Origin: Verrucomicrobiia bacterium | GTDB lineage: Bacteria > Verrucomicrobiota > Verrucomicrobiia > Limisphaerales > UBA1319 | Direction: 5' to 3' | Length of the DNA stretch: 64,000 nt | Assembly (NCBI GenBank): GCA_963664225.1 | Contig: OY760937.1 | Span: forward strand, 2,048,001-2,112,000 | Shown: positions 57,610 through 64,000 of the stretch, piece by piece | Layout: the number at the start of each line of letters is the position of its first letter | Position numbering within the stretch: position 1 is the first letter of the stretch | Translations under genes and position numbers: made by a program | Notes under the pieces: generated by a model | The model's database searches: none | What the model saw: the letters and a program-made list of their open reading frames with translations, nothing else | What the model was told of the DNA's origin: nothing

Positions 57610-59265
57610 TCAATGGGCTGCTCCCTCCAATAAATCAGCTTCAAGGTCTTTGCGTATCCCGGCGAAGATGGTTTCCGCGAGTTGCTGCCGTCCAGACTGA
57701 GTGAAATGGACCAAGTCGATATACTTCTCTGAGGAGCCATCGAGATTGGAATTCATATCGATAAAACCGACTTCCGGATGGGCCTTCACCATTTCATTGA
57801 CAATCAGCGAATGAACCCGGTTGGCACGGATTTCCCAACGCACGATTGGAAATCCCGCCTGATAAAAACTCACCATCTCCGGGCTGCTCTCCTGGTTGAC
57901 GGCCATTGAGAAATTGCCCAGCACAAGACGGATGCGATTGGTTCGGGCGGTTTGAATGAGTTGCTCGTAAGCCCGGGCGTATTCGGTATCCATAAAATTG
58001 GCCAGCAGAGGCGGAGCTTTCATTGCAGCCTTCGCCTTATAAAGGTCCATTTTGAGCCGATACTCCACTTGGGCCAGCAGGCGCAAGGGACGTGGTTTGA
58101 AGATGGGCGCTGGACGCTCGTCTTTTGAGTGCGGCAAACTTTTGGTGAGCATTTTGAACCCATTGTACCCATGATAGGAGAGGATCATGTCGGGCTTTAG
58201 CGGCAGGATTTCCCGGTCAAGACGATGGACATTCTGTTTTAAATTGTACGCGGGCACACCGGCATTAATGACTTCGACAGGCCGGGAGGGATGAATGCGT
58301 TCCCGGATCATCTGCTCGAGTAACTCCGGCCAGGGTTGGTCCTCTGGATTCAAGGTGCAGCCGAATGTCGTGGATTCCCCCAGTGCCACAATGCGATAAA
58401 CATTCCCCTTCTCGGCGAGTATCTCCGGTCCACGCATTCCAAGGCTGTTGATCGAGATGCGGCTGTGAAACAGGTATCCCTGGCTGCTGGGACGCAAGCG
58501 AAATGGCAGGATGCCTTCCGGATCCGGCATGAAAACATCCCGGGCCATGAGGTCCCATTGCTCCAGATAATGGCTCCACCAAAATGCGAATTTCGCAGGA
58601 TCTTTTTTGGCGTTCACGGGCGAAATAACCTTTTCCGTCGGGAGAGGCATCGCCGCGCGATCGACGCGAGGCGCTGGAATGAACAGATCGACCAAGGGCA
58701 GCGCAACAATGAATAAAATGAGGGTATGCAGGCCCAGCTTGAAGCTCATGGGCATTGGAAATTCAATCCGGACCAGAATGAGCCATGCGAGGAGGAACAA
58801 CAGCCCAAGGTGGAATGCAATGGATTCGTTTTGCAGCCAGGCCGCGCCGATCCATAGCACACCTCCGGCCAGTGACCAGACGGCAAACAGGAGTTTCCAA
58901 TGCCGCCCCAGCACCGTCCGCTGGTCGTCCCGGCAAGCCAGTCCAATGACCGCTGCGATGAGCCAGATCAGACAGGCGTAATAACCTTCCCAGAAGACTG
59001 CCTTTCCCCCGCTCAAGAGAAGACCGCCCGCAAGAACTGCTGTGCAGATCCACGCAAACGCCAATCCGCAGAGCCTGGCACGGCATCGGCGATTGGTTGG
59101 CATCAACTCGGGAATTGTTGCGGTCCCCAGCAATACACCCAACACGACCATGGTCCAGCCGGGCAGTTGCGCCAGCCAGGTCAGAGCGAGCGCGCCCCCG
59201 CCACATCCTGCCTGGATGAGCAGGCCTGGCAGTCTGATTCGATCATGGGTGTCACAGTTTTTCAA
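57610..59265 (-). CDS. Membrane-anchored SGNH/GDSL hydrolase (start uncertain)
   Basis: Multi-TM N-terminus; INSLGMRG, ALGESTTFG, INAGVPAY, DLVH. Confidence 0.85.
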   Translation of the reverse strand: MKNCDTHDRIRLPGLLIQAGCGGGALALTWLAQLPGWTMVVLGVLLGTATIPELMPTNRRCRARLCGLAFAWICTAVLAGGLLLSGGKAVFWEGYYACLIWLIAAVIGLACRDDQRTVLGRHWKLLFAVWSLAGGVLWIGAAWLQNESIAFHLGLLFLLAWLILVRIEFPMPMSFKLGLHTLILFIVALPLVDLFIPAPRVDRAAMPLPTEKVISPVNAKKDPAKFAFWWSHYLEQWDLMARDVFMPDPEGILPFRLRPSSQGYLFHSRISINSLGMRGPEILAEKGNVYRIVALGESTTFGCTLNPEDQPWPELLEQMIRERIHPSRPVEVINAGVPAYNLKQNVHRLDREILPLKPDMILSYHGYNGFKMLTKSLPHSKDERPAPIFKPRPLRLLAQVEYRLKMDLYKAKAAMKAPPLLANFMDTEYARAYEQLIQTARTNRIRLVLGNFSMAVNQESSPEMVSFYQAGFPIVRWEIRANRVHSLIVNEMVKAHPEVGFIDMNSNLDGSSEKYIDLVHFTQSGRQQLAETIFAGIRKDLEADLLEGAAH

Positions 59266-59487
59266 AACGAGAACTTGGGCGGCGCGTTCCGGCGGGCCCC
59301 TGATAGGGCCAGTCGCGCGATTCTCTAGTTACTGTATGGGACGAAATGATGAACGGTCAATGTCTCAAAACCAACACGAAACAGTGCGGGCGTGGGGTAA
59401 ATTTTTGAAAGCAGATACGCACACGCAGCCTCAGGCAATCGAGTGAGCGTGCGCCGATCCATTCGCACTAAAACTATTAAACCGTTT

Positions 59488-62400
59488 TCAAAATCCTGAT
59501 GCCTTTTTCGCCGGTTTCAATTTGCTCCACGAATAGGGTTTCACACGAAGGGTCACCGGCGTCGTCTGGCCGCCACGGACTGTGGTGCGTGGACTTTCAC
59601 CATCAGAAACCATCAGCACATACTCCTGAGCTGCCATGTCCGTGAACTTGAACCGGCCATCGCCATCGGTTGTCGCCTGCAGACTATTGGAATTCTTCTT
59701 CGAATCGTACGGTGGCATTGCGGTGACCTGCGCATTCGGGATGGGGTCGCCGGTGGCCGCGTCCACCACAGCGCCCTCGAGCGACAGCCCTTTTTCCAGG
59801 CGAACCACGAGGGGAAGTTTGTTGAAATTGAACTTCTGATTCACCGGCTGGAATCCCGGCACATGCTCCACATTGACTTGATAGATTCCTGGCACGTTGG
59901 GATTGACGTGCTCAAATTTGAACCCGCCATCTCCGTCTGTTAATTGTCCCTGGTTACCAAAGGAACCTGAATAAATGGAAACGAGAGACAGTGAGACTCT
60001 CGCGTTCGGAACCGGCTGGTTTTTGTCATCCAGAACTCTGCCCCTGACCTCCTGCCCGGGTGGGAGCTTTATCGTGATTTCACGAATGGGCTGCGCCTCG
60101 GTCAATTCGATGGGGTTGCTCACCGCATACGTCTCCCTCCGGTGGGCGAGAATGACATATTGGCCTCGGAGCGGAAGCGGCTGCGCGGAAAATCGTGTGG
60201 GTCCGTCGTTGGATGACGAACTGTTTTTCGGTTCCACACCCAATGTACACTCGCTCTTCTTGAGCGGGGATTTTGCGGCTTCCAGGACCGATACCATTGT
60301 ATCGCTCGCTTCAGTTCCATCGTTTTCGACCACTTTGCCATAGATCACGCCGGATGGCACCGCGTCCGAAGTCAATTCATAGGGCGTGGCGCCTGCGGGC
60401 ACGGACATTACGATCACTTCAGTCCAATAACTGCCAATCGCCGTTGTCTGCAACGAAAAGCCTCCGGGAACGGGAACCGAAAAACGGGCCACACCATTGG
60501 TGAATGAATTCGTCCCGTTTTTTCCTTGGCGAGTCGCATCCGACCAATAATTAAAATTGAACGGCCCCGTGACAGCCGGGTGATCCTTCGGAACGCGCAT
60601 TCTCAAAACCACCTCACGCATGGGACCCGACTCAATCTTGCTTGAGGACGCTGTCTTTTCCAAATCGATGATGAAGTTTTCAATCGAGCTGGCGACCTCC
60701 AGGTTCGTGATGATGTTGCCAAATTTAAGCGCGATCGCACCCGGGATGACATTGGTAAACTCAAAGTAACCTACTCCATCCCGTATCTGAATGGGCGCCA
60801 CCCTTCCAAACGAGTGGGACATGCTGCGGTCCGATTGGATCGTAAAAGTGACCGATGCTTCTGGATTGTTCGATGACAATAACGACAGACCGCCAATAAT
60901 CCTGCCCTTGATGTCGATTTGCGGTTTCAAAGTCGCATTCAAGCTTTGTCCCGCCGTCACGTCGTGAACCACCAGGGGCGCAAAGCCGGCGGTTTCCAGG
61001 ACCAGTGTGTAAGTCGATGCCCTGTTGAGCGTATCCAACTGGAACCGGCCATCGCCGGTTGATGTGGCAAGAACAGGGGCGCTTTCCACGGAACCGTACC
61101 CCATCTGGAATTTGTTCTCGCGGGAGAAGAGATGCACCCTGACCCCTTCCACAGGTTTGCCAGTCTCAGCGGCAATGACGGTGCCGATGGTTGGTTTGGC
61201 GGTTGCGAGTTTCCAGACATAAGGATCTCCCGGTTTGAGACACGGCAGCTCGCGTTCGTCATACTCGCAGCCGTTGCGGGTGGCCTGGAAATACATCGTG
61301 TTTGTGGACAGATGATCGAACACCGCAATGCCATCCGGCCCTGTGGTTTTCACCCCATAGCTGCACCGGCTGGACCCGAGTACATATTGGTAGTCGATCT
61401 TCGCTCCGGCCAGTGGCCCGCCCTGTTCATCGACACATTTGATCCGCGCCGAATAGCCGGGACGCGCCACCGCTTTCAGGCCTTCGATTTTGCCGCCCGG
61501 CTTGCCTTCAATGGGCCCCAAAATAACCGGCGCACAATCGGGGAAGTTGAATGCCAGTTGGATTTTACCCGGTCGAATGCGAAACACAAACCGGCCATTC
61601 ACGGCCCTGGCTGCACTTGAAGTCGAATAGCCGGGACTTCCGCTAAAAACCTGCATATGGACTTCGTCTCCAAATGGCGTCCCGTTCTCGAACTCCACGG
61701 TTCCAGAAACCGAAACCATTTGATCCGGCGAAACCTCACCCGTGGACCGTTCCTGGGGGCCATAAACCTTCTGGATTTGCGTCATCTTCTCGATGCGTTG
61801 AGTGGGTGTCAGCAATTCCGCCGCATATCCCACCGCAAGGTGGGTTCCCTGGCATAATCCAATAAACAAGGCGCCCGATATCAACAACATTCCAACAAAG
61901 CTGTGCCAAGGCAATCGAACTGCCGGACGGTAATCGGACACAAGCAGCCGTTTCAACCGTTCCAGCGGTCCCGCCGGATGCCGTTCCGAGCCAAAGGCAG
62001 GTGCGAGTATCATAGAAATTTCCCGCTGCTTCCTTGCCCAGGCTTCCAAGGACCACGCATACGCCTCAGGCTTGCCCGTCACTTCCACAGCCAGACGGTC
62101 GCAGCACGCCTCCCGCTCAATGCGAATCTGCCGGTTGATCCACCACACTGCGGGATTGAAAAAAAGCGCGGCCTCCACGATCTGCTGCGCCAGATTCACC
62201 AGGTAATCGTGCCGCCGGATATGGGCCAGTTCATGAGCAATGATGGCCTCCAACTGTTCCACCGGCACTCCCAGCAGCAACGCGGGCGGCAGCAGTAATT
62301 TGGGGGCGATCACACCATAGATTGAGGGGCCGGCAATGTGCTCGCCGCTGAGGATGCGAATGGCCTGTTTCATGCCCATGATCCCCTGCAGGCGAGCCAG

Positions 62401-62937
62401 AACCTCATGAATCACTCGATCCGTCACCGGCAAACAGGGTCCCGTGATGCGTTTCAAATCCAACCATTGAAACAGCAGGCGCATCGACATGATTCCACAG
62501 CCCGCGAGCCAGAACAGGCACACCCAGGGCAACCACGCGGGAGGCGACGCCTGGGGAGAAAACTTGATGGGGGTGGAATCATTCTCGAGTTTTGTGGGGA
62601 CTTGAGCCGTCTTTGGAAGAATGGGTTGGAGACTCGTTTGTGCCGCTACAGATAAAGGCGAGTTGTCCCCAATGGTTCCAATGGTCGATTGAGGCGCAGG
62701 GGCATTTGCCTTGTCTCGAACATCCATGACGGAGCCTGTGATCACGGCTCCCAGGACAATCGCCGCGAGCGAAACCAGGGAGACGGCGTATCGGAGGTTA
62801 GCACGGCCGGCGGGCAGCCTTCTCATGAAAAACCAAAGCGTCAGTGCAACGAGTGCTCCCTGCCAGAGCGAGTGGAACAACACCATCACCAGGCGGGACC
62901 ATCCTTCCGAGGTAAAATATTCAAGCAGCATGTTCAT
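59488..62937 (-). CDS. BlaR1/M56 peptidase with repeated carboxypeptidase-regulatory-like extracytoplasmic domains
   Basis: HSLWQG, AHELAHIRRHD, FFNPAVWW, EREACCD; repeated G-V-D---G-P---A-V and TDGDGxF units. Confidence 0.92.
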   Translation of the reverse strand: MNMLLEYFTSEGWSRLVMVLFHSLWQGALVALTLWFFMRRLPAGRANLRYAVSLVSLAAIVLGAVITGSVMDVRDKANAPAPQSTIGTIGDNSPLSVAAQTSLQPILPKTAQVPTKLENDSTPIKFSPQASPPAWLPWVCLFWLAGCGIMSMRLLFQWLDLKRITGPCLPVTDRVIHEVLARLQGIMGMKQAIRILSGEHIAGPSIYGVIAPKLLLPPALLLGVPVEQLEAIIAHELAHIRRHDYLVNLAQQIVEAALFFNPAVWWINRQIRIEREACCDRLAVEVTGKPEAYAWSLEAWARKQREISMILAPAFGSERHPAGPLERLKRLLVSDYRPAVRLPWHSFVGMLLISGALFIGLCQGTHLAVGYAAELLTPTQRIEKMTQIQKVYGPQERSTGEVSPDQMVSVSGTVEFENGTPFGDEVHMQVFSGSPGYSTSSAARAVNGRFVFRIRPGKIQLAFNFPDCAPVILGPIEGKPGGKIEGLKAVARPGYSARIKCVDEQGGPLAGAKIDYQYVLGSSRCSYGVKTTGPDGIAVFDHLSTNTMYFQATRNGCEYDERELPCLKPGDPYVWKLATAKPTIGTVIAAETGKPVEGVRVHLFSRENKFQMGYGSVESAPVLATSTGDGRFQLDTLNRASTYTLVLETAGFAPLVVHDVTAGQSLNATLKPQIDIKGRIIGGLSLLSSNNPEASVTFTIQSDRSMSHSFGRVAPIQIRDGVGYFEFTNVIPGAIALKFGNIITNLEVASSIENFIIDLEKTASSSKIESGPMREVVLRMRVPKDHPAVTGPFNFNYWSDATRQGKNGTNSFTNGVARFSVPVPGGFSLQTTAIGSYWTEVIVMSVPAGATPYELTSDAVPSGVIYGKVVENDGTEASDTMVSVLEAAKSPLKKSECTLGVEPKNSSSSNDGPTRFSAQPLPLRGQYVILAHRRETYAVSNPIELTEAQPIREITIKLPPGQEVRGRVLDDKNQPVPNARVSLSLVSIYSGSFGNQGQLTDGDGGFKFEHVNPNVPGIYQVNVEHVPGFQPVNQKFNFNKLPLVVRLEKGLSLEGAVVDAATGDPIPNAQVTAMPPYDSKKNSNSLQATTDGDGRFKFTDMAAQEYVLMVSDGESPRTTVRGGQTTPVTLRVKPYSWSKLKPAKKASGF

Positions 62938-62954
62938 GGCAGGATGTTTGTAGG

Positions 62955-63335
62955 TTAACGTTTTTTGGAATGAGCATCCAACAAGTCCCGCATCTCCTGG
63001 ATTTCATCCTCGCTGACCGGCGTGGTTTGCAGCAGATGTTGCATGGCACTGGCGGCGCTGCCTCCAAAAACATTCGACACCAGTCCCCTCAGAAAAGTTC
63101 CAAGGACCTCGCTTTTCCTGACCGTGGGTGCATAGATATGCCGGTTGCCCTCGGTTTCATGCCGCAACAGCCCCTTCTTTTCCATGACCTGCATCACCGA
63201 GAGCACAGTGGTGTAAGCGCGCTCCTTTTTGTCCGGCAATTCCTCCAAAACCTGTCGCGCCCCCAGCGGACCCTTGGCCCACAACACCGAGAGAACCTGC
63301 ATTTCCAAATTGGACGGCTGTGCTTTTGTTTTCAT
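62955..63335 (-). CDS. BlaI/MecI/CopY family repressor
   Basis: EMQVLSVLW, AYTTVLSVM, KKGLL, VFGGS. Confidence 0.93.
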   Translation of the reverse strand: MKTKAQPSNLEMQVLSVLWAKGPLGARQVLEELPDKKERAYTTVLSVMQVMEKKGLLRHETEGNRHIYAPTVRKSEVLGTFLRGLVSNVFGGSAASAMQHLLQTTPVSEDEIQEMRDLLDAHSKKR

Positions 63336-63380
63336 TGTTTCGGACTTGTTTAAATCGGGAGCGGCCCCGCAATTCTGAGA

Positions 63381-63410
63381 CTACTATATGCGTAGTAGAT
63401 ACGATGTCAA
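63381..63410 (-). promoter_or_regulatory. sigma70 promoter with overlapping BlaI-type operator
   Basis: TTGACA (63405-63410)-N16-TATAGT; palindrome CTACTA-N6-TAGTAG at 63381-63398 covers the -10. Confidence 0.7.
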
Positions 63411-63504
63411 CAGTAGTGCGAAAATATTTTTCGAGCAGCCACCAAAATGAAATGGCCTTGCAGATGACCGGCGATGCAAAGCCTTGCCCTGTGCCGATGC
63501 ACGC

Positions 63505-64000
63505 TTATGCGGGCGGGGTATTCTCTTTTTCGCGATGCGTTTCTGGAATGGATGTCCTCGCGGTTTGATCAACACCGATTGAGTCTGAGTCCGGACCATT
63601 CCAAGGCTCAGGATGCACGGTGACATCCGCATTGGGAATGTTTTGTTGCACCCGTTCCTCGATCTGGTCCATGACCTGATGCACTTTTCTCAGCGCCATG
63701 TTTCCGTCCAGGGACACATGAACGTCGATGAAAAGCTGCGGCCCGGAAGTGCGCGCCCGCACCGCGTGACAGTCTTTGACTTCGCTCATCGACTCCACCA
63801 TGTCCTTGACTTTTTCGGCCATTCCCGCCGGGGCGGCGTCGAGCAGGCCCTCGACGCTCCGAAGCCCCAATCTCATGCTCACGTAAATCACCAGGATGGC
63901 CACCCCCAATGCCGCCACCGCGTCGGCCCTTTGCAGAAATGCCAGTTCCGGGAACCAGTCCGCCACCTTCACGCCAAGCAGTCCAAACAAAACCACCGCC
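63505..64000 (-). CDS. Cation diffusion facilitator (FieF-like); 5' end outside the window
   Basis: ADAVAALGV TM, LLDAAP, H-VR-R-SG---F-DVH, VTVHPEP dimerisation domain. Confidence 0.88.
   Translation of the reverse strand, partial: AVVLFGLLGVKVADWFPELAFLQRADAVAALGVAILVIYVSMRLGLRSVEGLLDAAPAGMAEKVKDMVESMSEVKDCHAVRARTSGPQLFIDVHVSLDGNMALRKVHQVMDQIEERVQQNIPNADVTVHPEPWNGPDSDSIGVDQTARTSIPETHREKENTPPA

Overview
64 kb of GC-rich bacterial chromosome, probably Verrucomicrobiota (inferred only from protein and repeat style). It is mostly housekeeping and envelope genes: glycosyltransferases, zwf, lpdA, iscSU, hpnD/hpnK, an NtrC-type two-component system, coaC, thrC, ABC/RND/SSS transporters, amrSB, a sugar-catabolism cluster, and ECF sigma and BlaI/BlaR1 modules. 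The most notable element is a 1,975-nt endonuclease-less group II intron present twice (15462-17436 and 55271-57245, both on the minus strand, identical translated ORF). Both copies sit in the same target, TCGGATTTCGGGT|T, which is complementary to EBS motifs inside the intron. At copy 2 that target is the terminal arm of a 164-bp full-length foldback element, whose other arm is an empty target on the opposite strand. The window also holds a cassette-like run of small unrelated genes with decayed attC-like ends (26.4-31.1 kb), a likely sigma54-driven repetitive adhesin, an FMN-binding/NapH-G redox pair and an orphan XRE/ImmA pair. No rRNA, tRNA, CRISPR array, transposase or integrase was seen. 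All calls are by eye, with no database searches.
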